Virus record (IMG/VR): IMGVR_UViG_3300020336_000246
Coordinates: 1-64,000 of that record
DNA from: a virus
Lineage: Duplodnaviria > Caudoviricetes
Length of the DNA: 64,000 bases
Strand: one strand, 5' to 3'
In this document: positions 18,078 through 26,789 of the stretch, piece by piece
Layout: the number at the start of each line of letters is the position of its first letter
How positions within the stretch are numbered: the first letter of the stretch is position 1
Position numbers and translations under genes: made by a program
Notes under the pieces: model-generated
What the model saw: only the letters and a program-made list of their open reading frames with translations
Databases searched by the model: none
Told to the model about the DNA's origin: nothing

Positions 18078-20408
18078 ATGTCAAATGGCGTTGGTATACA
18101 AATCAAAAAACGCGATGGTTCGGTAGAACCCCTGGACATTAATAAAATCCACTTTGTTGTTGAAGAAGCCACCGACGGCTTAACAGGAACTAGTGCATCG
18201 CAGATTGAAATGACAGCTAACATTCAATTCTATGATGGAATGTCCACAGAAGAAATACAAGAGATATTAATTAAAAGTGCCAACGATCTTATTACGTTGG
18301 AAAATCCAAACTATCAATATGCGGCGGCAAGGCTTTTGCTTTACCCTATCTATAAAGAAACGTTTGGTCAATACAATCCAGTACCAATAACAAAGATTAT
18401 TGATAGAAATATTGCTGGTGGTGTATATGATGGTAACATCAAAGAGAAGTACACTGAAACAGAATTAAAACAACTTAACAAATACATCAAGCATAACAGA
18501 GATGAGAACTTTACGTATGCAGGGCTTCGACAAATTGTAGACAAGTATCTTGTCCAAGACAGAAGCACAGGAGAAATTTATGAGTCTCCACAAGTTATGT
18601 ACATGATGATTGCGGCAACTTTATTTGCTGACTACCCTAAAGAAACTAGAATGTCATATGTGAGGAAATATTATGATGCGACCTCCCTTTTTAAAATCAA
18701 TATCCCAACGCCAGTCATGGCCGGTGTACGTACACCTCTTAGACAATTTGCTTCTTGCGTTCTTGTTGATACCGACGATACTCTTGATAGTATCTTTTCA
18801 AGCGATATGGCTATTGGTAGGTACACGGCACAAAGAGCAGGCATAGGAATTAATGCAGGACGTATTAGAGCAATCAACTCTAAAATTAGAGGTGGTGAAG
18901 TAGCACACACTGGCTTGATTCCGTTTCTAAAGAAATTCGAATCAACGGTAAGGTGTTGTACACAGAATGGTGTACGTGGAGGTAATGCAACTACCCACTT
19001 CCCGCTTTGGCACTATGAGATTGATGACATACTTGTTTTAAAAAATAACAAAGGTACGGAAGACAATAGAGTACGTAGATTAGATTATTCTATTCAACTT
19101 AATAAAACTATGTACGAAAGACTTTTGTCTGACGGAGATATTACTTTATTCTCACCGCACGATGTACCAGACTTATACGAGGCCTTTTATGCTGATCAAG
19201 ATAAGTTTTCTGAGCTATATGAAAAGTATGAACGTAAAACTTCATTAAGAAAACGCAAAGTTAAGGCAATGGAATTATTTTCTGCTCTAGTTAAAGAACG
19301 TGCAGAAACAGGACGTATCTATATTATGAACGTTGACCATGCTAATACACACAGTTCATTTAAAGATACTGTGTACATGAGCAACTTATGTCAAGAGATT
19401 ACACTACCTACAAAACCTTTACAACACATTGACGATCCAGAAGGAGAGATTGCACTATGTATTTTAAGTGCTATCAATGTTGGTACACTAAAAGAATTAG
19501 ATGATATGGACGAGCTATGTGATTTAGCCGTTAGAGGGTTAGATGAGATTATTGATTATCAGAAGTATCCAGTGAAAGCCGCAGAGATATCTACTAAAGC
19601 AAGAAGAAGTTTAGGTATAGGTTACATTGGACTAGCACACTATCTAGCAAAGAACGGTGTTAAGTATTCAGATAAGAAGGCACTTACCAAGGTGCATGAG
19701 CTAACAGAAGCATTTCAGTATTACTTACTGAAGGCTAGTAATGGGTTAGCAAAAGAAAAAGGAAAGTGTGAGTATTTTGATCGCACTAAATATAGTGATG
19801 GCATATTACCCATTGACACTTATAAAAAGGATTTAGACGAGGTATGTTCTATAAAACTAAAATATGATTGGGATACTCTTCGCAATGACATTCAACAGCA
19901 CGGGTTACGGCACAGCACATTGTCCGCACAGATGCCTTCGGAGAGCAGTTCCATTGTGTCGAACGCAACCAACGGAATCGAACCACCTAGAGGGTTCTTG
20001 TCCGTTAAGAAGTCCAAGAAAGGGCCTCTTAAGCAGATTGTTCCACAGTATCAAACGTTAAAGAATAACTATACGTTGTTATGGGATATGCCAAGCAACG
20101 AGGGTTACATAAATATTGTTGCAGTAATGCAGAAGTTTTTTGATCAAGCCATTAGTGGTAATTGGTCGTACAACCCAACTCACTTTGAGAACAATGAAGT
20201 TCCAATGAGTGTTATGTTACAAGATATGTTAAAAACATATAAGTATGGATGGAAAACATCATACTACCAGAACACTTATGATTTCAAGAGCGATCCAAGT
20301 GAAGAGGAAATTAAGACAGAGACAACAAACTCTTTTGAACCTCAAGTTGGTTTACCTGATGGTAAGCCTTTAGAGGACGAAGAAGAGTGTGAAGCTTGTG
20401 CTATATAG
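18078..20408 (+). CDS. nrdA: Class Ia ribonucleotide reductase alpha subunit
   Basis: ATP-cone (IKKRDG), QFASCVL, SNLCQEI, CILSAIN, MPSESSS, SNATNGIEP, C-terminal CEAC. Confidence 0.98.
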   Translation: MSNGVGIQIKKRDGSVEPLDINKIHFVVEEATDGLTGTSASQIEMTANIQFYDGMSTEEIQEILIKSANDLITLENPNYQYAAARLLLYPIYKETFGQYNPVPITKIIDRNIAGGVYDGNIKEKYTETELKQLNKYIKHNRDENFTYAGLRQIVDKYLVQDRSTGEIYESPQVMYMMIAATLFADYPKETRMSYVRKYYDATSLFKINIPTPVMAGVRTPLRQFASCVLVDTDDTLDSIFSSDMAIGRYTAQRAGIGINAGRIRAINSKIRGGEVAHTGLIPFLKKFESTVRCCTQNGVRGGNATTHFPLWHYEIDDILVLKNNKGTEDNRVRRLDYSIQLNKTMYERLLSDGDITLFSPHDVPDLYEAFYADQDKFSELYEKYERKTSLRKRKVKAMELFSALVKERAETGRIYIMNVDHANTHSSFKDTVYMSNLCQEITLPTKPLQHIDDPEGEIALCILSAINVGTLKELDDMDELCDLAVRGLDEIIDYQKYPVKAAEISTKARRSLGIGYIGLAHYLAKNGVKYSDKKALTKVHELTEAFQYYLLKASNGLAKEKGKCEYFDRTKYSDGILPIDTYKKDLDEVCSIKLKYDWDTLRNDIQQHGLRHSTLSAQMPSESSSIVSNATNGIEPPRGFLSVKKSKKGPLKQIVPQYQTLKNNYTLLWDMPSNEGYINIVAVMQKFFDQAISGNWSYNPTHFENNEVPMSVMLQDMLKTYKYGWKTSYYQNTYDFKSDPSEEEIKTETTNSFEPQVGLPDGKPLEDEEECEACAI

Positions 20409-20425
20409 GGAAGAGGAAGTAAAAA

Positions 20426-21529
20426 GTGAGTAAGACAGTATTTAATAGAGAAAAAGTAGACTTTACAAAGAGCACCATGTTCTTTGGACCAGATCAAAAC
20501 ACACAAAGATATGATGTGTTTAAGTTCCCTGTGTTTGATAAATTGAATCAAACAATGTTAGGATATTTTTGGAGACCTGAGGAAGTGAGTCTACAAAAAG
20601 ACAGAAGTGATTATGCAAACTTCCGTCCAGAACAAAAACATATTTTTACTGCTAACTTAAAATACCAAACACTATTAGATAGTGTACAAGGTAGAGGACC
20701 ATGTTTAGCTTTCTTACCACACGTAAGTATTCCAGAGCTAGAAGGTTGTATTGTTACTTGGGACTTTTTTGAAACTATTCACTCACGTTCATATACACAC
20801 ATTATGAAGAACGTGTATGCAGATCCAACTGAAGTATTAGATACTATCTTAGATGATGATAAGATTATTGAACGTGCAATTAGTGTTACTAAAAACTATG
20901 ATGCATTTACTGAAGCGGCAGATAATCATATACATCATAAAAAAGGAACAATGCGAGATGTTAAGAAGAAACTATTCTTGGCAATGATGAACGTAAACAT
21001 CTTAGAAGGACTACGTTTTTATGTTTCCTTTGCCTGCACATTTGCATTTGGTGAACTAAAACTTATGGAAGGTTCAGCAAAGATTATTAGTTTAATTGCT
21101 AGAGATGAATCACAACATCTAGCATTAAGTTTACACATTCTAAAGAATTGGATGCGTGGTGAAGACGATCCAGAGTTTGCCTCTATTGCAAAAGAATGTG
21201 AAGCTGAAGTTTATGAAATGTGGAAAACCTGTGTCAACGAAGAAAAGGCCTGGGCACATCATTTAATGAAAGACGGATCAATCATTGGACTTAATGAAAG
21301 ACTACTAGGTAGCTATGTAGAGTTTATTGCTAACAAGAGATTAAAAGCATTAGGTTACAAACCAATCTTTGGTACACCAACATCACAAAATCCGTTACCT
21401 TGGACACAGCATTGGTTGAGTTCATCAGGATTACAAGTAGCACCACAAGAAACAGAAGTCGAGTCGTATATTGTGGGTGGTATTAAACAAGACGTTAATA
21501 CAGACTCGCTCAAAGGATTTAAATTATAA
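20426..21529 (+). CDS. nrdB: Class Ia ribonucleotide reductase beta subunit
   Basis: FWRPEEV, LDSVQGR, ETIHSRSY, LEGLRFY, IARDESQH, QETEVESY. Confidence 0.98.
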   Translation: MSKTVFNREKVDFTKSTMFFGPDQNTQRYDVFKFPVFDKLNQTMLGYFWRPEEVSLQKDRSDYANFRPEQKHIFTANLKYQTLLDSVQGRGPCLAFLPHVSIPELEGCIVTWDFFETIHSRSYTHIMKNVYADPTEVLDTILDDDKIIERAISVTKNYDAFTEAADNHIHHKKGTMRDVKKKLFLAMMNVNILEGLRFYVSFACTFAFGELKLMEGSAKIISLIARDESQHLALSLHILKNWMRGEDDPEFASIAKECEAEVYEMWKTCVNEEKAWAHHLMKDGSIIGLNERLLGSYVEFIANKRLKALGYKPIFGTPTSQNPLPWTQHWLSSSGLQVAPQETEVESYIVGGIKQDVNTDSLKGFKL

Positions 21530-21532
21530 ACT

Positions 21533-21820
21533 ATGAATGAAACGGAAACTAAGACAATGCCTACAGTCGTTTACTCCAAACCTAATTGTCCGTCTTGTGT
21601 AAAAGCAAAGATGCTATTAAAGAATAAAAACATTCCATTTACGGAATCAATAATTGGTAAAGATATACAAGTTGAAACTCTAATGAAAGAGTTTGAACTG
21701 AACAACTTGCCGATGCCAAGAACTGCTCCGCAGATTATCCTACACGGTAAGTATGTAGGAGGATATGAACAATTAATCCAATACATTGACGATCATGGAT
21801 TGGGCTACGGAGGACATTAA
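21533..21820 (+). CDS. Glutaredoxin
   Basis: CPSC, RTAPQI, VGGY; follows nrdB. Confidence 0.92.
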   Translation: MNETETKTMPTVVYSKPNCPSCVKAKMLLKNKNIPFTESIIGKDIQVETLMKEFELNNLPMPRTAPQIILHGKYVGGYEQLIQYIDDHGLGYGGH

Positions 21821-22140
21821 TGTTAATTGAAACACCTTATAAAGTTGGAGATGTTATTACAATTAAACTTACATCAGGCGAAGAGCTTGTTGGAAAGTTT
21901 GAAGCTGATGATAGCACACAAATTAAAGTAAACAAACCACTTACACTAGTCGCTAGTGAAAAGGGTATTGGTTTACAACAGTTCTTGTTTACTGCCGATA
22001 TGGCATTATCTTATAGTATCAAACATAGTGCTATAACTTTAATACATAAAACAAGAGGCGAGTTTGCAGAAGCATATACTAAACAGACAAGCAGTATTGT
22101 ACAAGCACCAGCCGGCATGGCTGACCTAGTTCGCAAATAA
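21820..22140 (+). CDS. Hypothetical protein, possible Sm-like beta-barrel
   Basis: VITIKLTSGEELVGK pattern. Confidence 0.55.
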   Translation: MLIETPYKVGDVITIKLTSGEELVGKFEADDSTQIKVNKPLTLVASEKGIGLQQFLFTADMALSYSIKHSAITLIHKTRGEFAEAYTKQTSSIVQAPAGMADLVRK

Positions 22141-22158
22141 TCTTACATAAATATTAGT

Positions 22159-22368
22159 ATGCACGAGTTTGTTATAAAAGACAAAGGTCAATTAATCACG
22201 TATACAGAGTACGAAGCTATACCTAATGAATTCGATCATGTAATTAAGTTCTTACCTGAAGTTCCACCAGAACCTCATACTGAAGAACAACACGAAGAGA
22301 TCGAACAGTGGAATACAAAGTTACAAGAACTAATGAAGAAGGAGAGATCATATGCCAGCAGTAACTAG
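22159..22368 (+). CDS. Small hypothetical protein preceding PAAR
   Basis: Late promoter at 22146; PPEPHTEEQH motif. Confidence 0.7.
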   Translation: MHEFVIKDKGQLITYTEYEAIPNEFDHVIKFLPEVPPEPHTEEQHEEIEQWNTKLQELMKKERSYASSN

Positions 22369-22639
22369 AGTAGGTGATGCCGACGTTGCCCATTGTAGTG
22401 GAATGACAAGAGCAGTAGGTTCTCCAAACGTCTTTGTTAACAATATTCCAGTTTCAAGACAAGGTGACGTTAACACAGGACATTTACTTCCCCCAGTACC
22501 ATGTCCATCACACTCGGCACCAATTGCTTCAGGATCAGCAACAGTCAAAACCAATAACGTAGGAACGGGCAGGGTTGGAGACGCAATAGCAGGGTGTACT
22601 TCGGTTGCGGCAGGGTCACCTAACGTATTTGCCGGGTAA
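22352..22639 (+). CDS. PAAR-domain tail spike tip protein
   Basis: MPAVTRVGD, SPNVFVNNIPV, CPSH, GRVGD, GSPNVFAG. Confidence 0.92.
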   Translation: MPAVTRVGDADVAHCSGMTRAVGSPNVFVNNIPVSRQGDVNTGHLLPPVPCPSHSAPIASGSATVKTNNVGTGRVGDAIAGCTSVAAGSPNVFAG

Positions 22640-22725
22640 TTTCGCCAATTACGGTACCTACAAGCCACAATTACTAACAATATACACAAAAACAAATAAT
22701 TAATATAGAATATAGGAGAACAATT

Positions 22726-22905
22726 ATGTCATCTATTCATGAACAGATCATAAGCGAATACGAAAATTACTTGAAAGAGTCCGAATCTTTCGATACTAAA
22801 AATGTAAAAGCCTCGGCGGCAAGAGCACGTAAGGCTTTAGGTAACATTGGTAAACTTGCTAAAGATCGTAGAAAAGAAATCCAAGAAAAGAAAAATTCTT
22901 TATAG
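22726..22905 (+). CDS. Histone H1-like Hc1-family small protein (59 aa)
   Basis: Not in the ORF track; GGAG SD; KASAARARKALGNIGKLAKDRRKEIQEKK. Confidence 0.7.
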   Translation: MSSIHEQIISEYENYLKESESFDTKNVKASAARARKALGNIGKLAKDRRKEIQEKKNSL

Positions 22906-22921
22906 GATTTTTAAAGCTAAT

Positions 22922-22953
22922 ATGGGACGGGTCTTCATTGACTCTGTCCTATA
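22922..22953 (+). terminator. Hairpin/terminator
   Basis: GGGACGGGTC-TTCATT-GACTCTGTCC imperfect stem. Confidence 0.55.
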
Positions 22954-23047
22954 TTTGTATGCACATAATTATAGTACAATTTCAATAAATACTCTAGTAG
23001 AAAAGTATTACTCTACAAACACAATCAAGGATAGAATAAGATAAGAT

Positions 23048-23275
23048 ATGAGTGAGAGAATAGTAGGCAAGCTAAAATGGTTTGATGCCAAAAAGGGTTA
23101 TGGTTTCATAAGTCCCAATGATGGTGGTCAAGATGTATTTGTACATATATCAGCCTTTGAAGCGGCACAAATAACAAACATCGCAAATAAGATGTTGCTA
23201 GAATTTGAACTTGTTGACAACCGAGGACGAATGATTGCAGGCAATCTAGTACGTCCTGATAACTTCAATAGATAA
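23048..23275 (+). CDS. cspA: Cold-shock domain protein
   Basis: GKLKWFDAKKGYGFI (RNP1), DVFVHISA (RNP2). Confidence 0.95.
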   Translation: MSERIVGKLKWFDAKKGYGFISPNDGGQDVFVHISAFEAAQITNIANKMLLEFELVDNRGRMIAGNLVRPDNFNR

Positions 23276-23473
23276 TTAGATACTTTTAAAAGGTTTGGGT
23301 GTTCCGTCTGGGCCTAATACCATCTCACCAGTATCAGAGAACGCACCACACATACGACCGTTGGATCCTGGACCATAATATTTTACGGGTTTGATTTCTA
23401 TAGCTTCGCCATCTCTAACAACTGTTCTTTTATAGTTCTCAGACTTGACTCCTCTTTGCTTTACTCCAGCCAT
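23276..23473 (-). CDS. Hypothetical protein
   Basis: Minus-strand ORF coupled to 23475-23678. Confidence 0.6.
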   Translation of the reverse strand: MAGVKQRGVKSENYKRTVVRDGEAIEIKPVKYYGPGSNGRMCGAFSDTGEMVLGPDGTPKPFKSI

Positions 23474-23474
23474 G

Positions 23475-23678
23475 TTATCTTCCTATTTTCTTACTTCTAC
23501 CCATAGGTAGTCTTTGTGTCATTTCGTACATTCCGCCTTTTTTGGCTTCCCATTCTACTCTGACTGATTTACTTTTTGTGCCACCTTGAAAAGATTTGAT
23601 TGCTTTCTTTAGACTTGTTGACTCTTTAGTTTCTACATTCTCTCCGTCGTAGAAAGTATATGTTCTCATTTTTGGCAT
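23475..23678 (-). CDS. Hypothetical basic protein
   Basis: SD AAGGAA upstream. Confidence 0.65.
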   Translation of the reverse strand: MPKMRTYTFYDGENVETKESTSLKKAIKSFQGGTKSKSVRVEWEAKKGGMYEMTQRLPMGRSKKIGR

Positions 23679-23688
23679 TGTTTTTCCT

Positions 23689-23717
23689 TTGACATTAGTT
23701 ATCTCTTTTGTTATAAT
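23689..23717 (+). promoter_or_regulatory. sigma70-type promoter for tmRNA
   Basis: TTGACA-N17-TATAAT. Confidence 0.8.
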
Positions 23718-23723
23718 AGTAGC

Positions 23724-24046
23724 ATATTAAGGCTAAATATCACTGCAATTGATGATAGCAACGTATGTCACAAGAGCAAGACCCGGGTGCAATTCCCGGC
23801 CACTCCACCAATTCAATATACCCCCGTCGGGGTGGAATTAGGATCGATTGGCTTGTTAAGGTTGAAGGAGACTGTCCGGATGTAAGCTCGGTTAACGCGA
23901 ACAAACGTTATAGATGCAAACGATAATGCACTAGACAACGTTACTTTCGTAGATTTTTCTGCGCCAGTAACTGCGTTTAATGAGGATTTTGCCCTAGCGG
24001 CATAATCGCTCGGGGTTGGCAACTTACCTAGCAACAGAAAAGTTGC
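23724..24046 (+). ncRNA. ssrA: Circularly permuted (two-piece) tmRNA; tag ANDNALDNVTFVDFSAPVTAFNEDFALAA (23916-24005)
   Basis: T-arm and CCACTCC-A-CCA end at 23810, then an 18-nt spacer, then 5' GGGGTGG at 23829 giving a G3:U70 acceptor stem; tag ends ALAA. Outer ends approximate. Confidence 0.92.
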
Positions 24047-24120
24047 GTCTATTACTACATAGGCAAAGCCTATAATAATTTCTAAATAAATATCGTGCTA
24101 GGTGAGAAGGAGTAATTATA

Positions 24121-25185
24121 ATGCCACCACGCAATCATAGAAACTGGTTGAAAGAACCAGCAGTAGAATATATTAGTAGCGAGTGCTATAATAATCAAGA
24201 CATACACGATCAAGAACAAGAACAAATCTTTAGTAAGGTTTGGATACCTATGTGTCATAAGAGTGAACTACCAAACGAGTTAGACTTTAGAACAACACAG
24301 ATAGCAGGAGTCAATGTTCTTGTGTATAACACAGGCAAAGAATTTAGAGCATACCGTAACTATGGAGAACAAACACCAGCAGGAACACTAGGAGCACCTA
24401 TCGTAACTGTTGAACCTCAGTTGCATTTGGAAGTAAAGCACGGAGGTATGATATGGGTAACACTTAATCCTGATCCTGATCAAACTGTAGAACAATGGAC
24501 AGCAGGTGCATTTGATTGTATTGCTGATGCTATTGATACAGAGGAACTAGAAGTATTCCATTATCATAAAGCAATCATTCCTACAAACTACAAACTATGG
24601 CATGATACCAATAGTGAATTCTATCATGACTTCATGCACTATTTTAATCGTGTAACAGGATTCAATGATGAATACTTTGCTCGTAAGAATATTGCGTTCG
24701 ATAACGGTCATGTAAATGTAAGTTCTTTTACTGTCAACTATACCGAGTTTGATAAAGATGGAGATAGAGGAGAGTTAAGTTTTCCTAACTTGCCACCCAA
24801 CCAATGGTATATGGTAGACTTGTTTCCAGGCTTCAACTTTAACCTACGTGGTAGTGCATATAGATCAGATAGTGTTACTCCATTAGGACCTAACAAAGTT
24901 CTTATTGAGTTTAGAGGTTATGGACTTAAGAATGATACCAAGGAAGAAAGACTCACACGTATCAGGCACCATAATACTATTTGGGGACCTTTTGGTAGAA
25001 ACTTGCATGAAGACTTGCTAGGTGTTACAGGACAGGGTGCATCAATGGCTCCAGGTACTGAACGTAGGAACATTCTACATGGTAGACACGAGAACTCAAC
25101 TATCCACGATGAAGTTGGTATGCGTCACTACTACGCAGAATGGGGCAAATACTTAGACGTAAACCCATCAAATCCATTGACATAA
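24121..25185 (+). CDS. Ring-hydroxylating oxygenase alpha-subunit homologue lacking the Rieske cluster motifs
   Basis: EQIFSKVWIPMCHKSELP N-terminus; NYKLWHDTNSEFYHDFMH mononuclear-Fe motif; LHEDL; no CxH or CxxH. Confidence 0.8.
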   Translation: MPPRNHRNWLKEPAVEYISSECYNNQDIHDQEQEQIFSKVWIPMCHKSELPNELDFRTTQIAGVNVLVYNTGKEFRAYRNYGEQTPAGTLGAPIVTVEPQLHLEVKHGGMIWVTLNPDPDQTVEQWTAGAFDCIADAIDTEELEVFHYHKAIIPTNYKLWHDTNSEFYHDFMHYFNRVTGFNDEYFARKNIAFDNGHVNVSSFTVNYTEFDKDGDRGELSFPNLPPNQWYMVDLFPGFNFNLRGSAYRSDSVTPLGPNKVLIEFRGYGLKNDTKEERLTRIRHHNTIWGPFGRNLHEDLLGVTGQGASMAPGTERRNILHGRHENSTIHDEVGMRHYYAEWGKYLDVNPSNPLT

Positions 25186-25240
25186 CGGTTACGTTGTGTT
25201 ATACTTAACTTGTTAATAACAATTAGAAGGAACTAGTATT

Positions 25241-25342
25241 ATGACGGGTTTAGAAATTTGGGGTCTTGTTATCCTAGTTGGTGGAATCATACATCAAATC
25301 GATCCAAACTTACTCGTAGTTTGCATTTCTGGATGTAATTAA
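25241..25342 (+). CDS. Small hydrophobic protein (33 aa)
   Basis: After the sigma70 promoter at 25177; AAGGA SD; not in the track. Confidence 0.45.
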   Translation: MTGLEIWGLVILVGGIIHQIDPNLLVVCISGCN

Positions 25343-25350
25343 TAGTAAGT

Positions 25351-25426
25351 GGGGGATTAGCTCAGCCGGGAGAGCGCCTGATTTGCATTCAGGAGGTCAG
25401 CGGTTCGATCCCGCTATCCTCCACCA
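25351..25426 (+). tRNA. tRNA-Ala (TGC)
   Basis: Canonical cloverleaf, G3:U70, CCA. Confidence 0.97.
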
Positions 25427-25436
25427 CACCACTTAC

Positions 25437-25513
25437 GGGGGTGTAGCTCAGTTGGTTAGAGCGTCCGCCTGTCACGCGGAAGGCCGAGGGTTCGAGTCCC
25501 TTCACTCCCGCCA
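25437..25513 (+). tRNA. tRNA-Asp (GTC)
   Basis: Canonical cloverleaf, CCA. Confidence 0.97.
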
Positions 25514-25613
25514 TGAAATTTAATCAATTAGATAAATAGATAGGCAGAAGAACACGGTCAATTTTTTTTTGACTGAAATTTTTTTTGACCTAACAATAGC
25601 AAAGGAAAAAGAA

Positions 25614-26444
25614 ATGACGCAACTGATATCCCCACAAAAGTTTACACACTCCACTGGCCTTTTAAGGTCATTTTTTTTGGATAAAGGATTTGAAGAAGTC
25701 CATACCCAAAACAGATTAAGCATACTTGCCGCTTGTGAAGATCCATTCAATGTAGCAACATACAATTACGCCGGCCAGGTATGGCCCTTACCGCAGACAG
25801 GCCAAATGTGGTTAGAACACGAATTATTAAGTAGCCCCTCTAGTAAGGGGTTTTTTTGTGTCTCCACTTCCTATAGACAGGAACCAAATGCAATACCAGG
25901 GAGACATGATATAATATTTCCTATGTTTGAATTTGAGATGCCAGGTGACATAGATGATCTTAAGAAGATGGAGTATGAGTTATGTGAACACCTAGGATTT
26001 AAAAAGCCTACTGAAAAGACTTATGCTGAATGGCAACAACATTACGGTCATGCTGAAGATTATGAAATGACTGCTGATGAAGAAACTAAGATGCACGAAG
26101 AGTTTGGTACAACAATGATCACAGACTTCCCAGAACTTACAAGTCCATTTTGGAACATGAGTAGAAATGCTGATGGTAAGACTGCAAAGAAGATTGATGT
26201 TATACTAGGTGGGATGGAAACAATAGGATCAGCAGAACGTTCATGTGATGTTGATATGATGAGAGATACATTCCACAGTATTACAGATGGTGCATACAGT
26301 AAGCTACTTTACAGTCTGTTTAGCAAGGAACGTGTTGAAGCAGAACTAGAGAAGTTCTTAGAGTTTGACTTCTTTCCTAGAGTAGGCGGTGGCATAGGTA
26401 TGACACGTATGATAGCGGCCTTAGAGAAACACTGGAAAGACTAG
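25614..26444 (+). CDS. Class IIb aminoacyl-tRNA synthetase catalytic-core-only protein (AsnRS2/archaeal-type asparagine synthetase-like)
   Basis: RSFFLDKGFEEV (motif 1), SYRQEP..GRH..FPMFEFE (motif 2), ETIGSAER, GGGIGMTR (motif 3); no N-terminal OB anticodon-binding domain. Confidence 0.8.
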   Translation: MTQLISPQKFTHSTGLLRSFFLDKGFEEVHTQNRLSILAACEDPFNVATYNYAGQVWPLPQTGQMWLEHELLSSPSSKGFFCVSTSYRQEPNAIPGRHDIIFPMFEFEMPGDIDDLKKMEYELCEHLGFKKPTEKTYAEWQQHYGHAEDYEMTADEETKMHEEFGTTMITDFPELTSPFWNMSRNADGKTAKKIDVILGGMETIGSAERSCDVDMMRDTFHSITDGAYSKLLYSLFSKERVEAELEKFLEFDFFPRVGGGIGMTRMIAALEKHWKD

Positions 26445-26451
26445 AGTTTAA

Positions 26452-26553
26452 TCTGGGGTGGTGAAACTGGTAAACACGTACAACTGTTCATTGTATGGTT
26501 AATGTACTGCAATATATTTAACCTTGGAGGTTCGAATCCTTCCCCCAGAGCCA
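26452..26553 (+). tRNA. Non-canonical tRNA, anticodon GTT (Asn), 30-nt variable arm, C37
   Basis: Acceptor TCTGGGG/CCCCAGA, G73, CCA; 3-bp D-stem; anticodon stem TACAA/TTGTA with loop CTGTTCA; T-arm GGAGG-TTCGAAT-CCTTC. Confidence 0.85.
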
Positions 26554-26639
26554 ATATAAGCTACACTTATAGTCTACTATAACCTATACCTATTTTGGTA
26601 AATAACTGCATACTTAAACAATAGTATGGAGTAACCATT

Positions 26640-26789
26640 ATGGCTAAGATGTTTCATTCAACTGCGGCGGTACACGTTAGTATACCTAAGAAGACAAGTC
26701 AATCTGGCACTAAAGCTAGATGTAAGATGTCATCTATGAACAAGAGCAAAAAGAGAAGTCATAAGTTTTATAGAGGACAAGGAAAGTAA
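26640..26789 (+). CDS. Small basic protein ending YRGQGK (49 aa)
   Basis: Not in the track; GGAG SD; KKTSQ...MSSMNKSKKRSHKFYRGQGK resembles a small protein I recall from marine T4-like phages. Confidence 0.65.
   Translation: MAKMFHSTAAVHVSIPKKTSQSGTKARCKMSSMNKSKKRSHKFYRGQGK

Noticed and set aside
18078-21529. Introns, inteins or homing endonucleases in nrdA/nrdB
   Set aside because: Both ORFs are continuous and of normal length.
22847-23044. 65-aa ORF spanning the Hc1 end and intergenic region
   Set aside because: It overlaps a better-supported gene, a hairpin and a late promoter.
23813-24034. Minus-strand 73-aa ORF
   Set aside because: It is antisense to the tmRNA coding piece.
26484-26490. 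Reading the odd tRNA as a UCA (Sec/opal) or UUC tRNA, or its long arm as an intron
   Set aside because: The 5-bp stem TACAA/TTGTA fixes a 7-nt loop with GTT at positions 34-36; the insert lies in the variable region and base-pairs as an arm.
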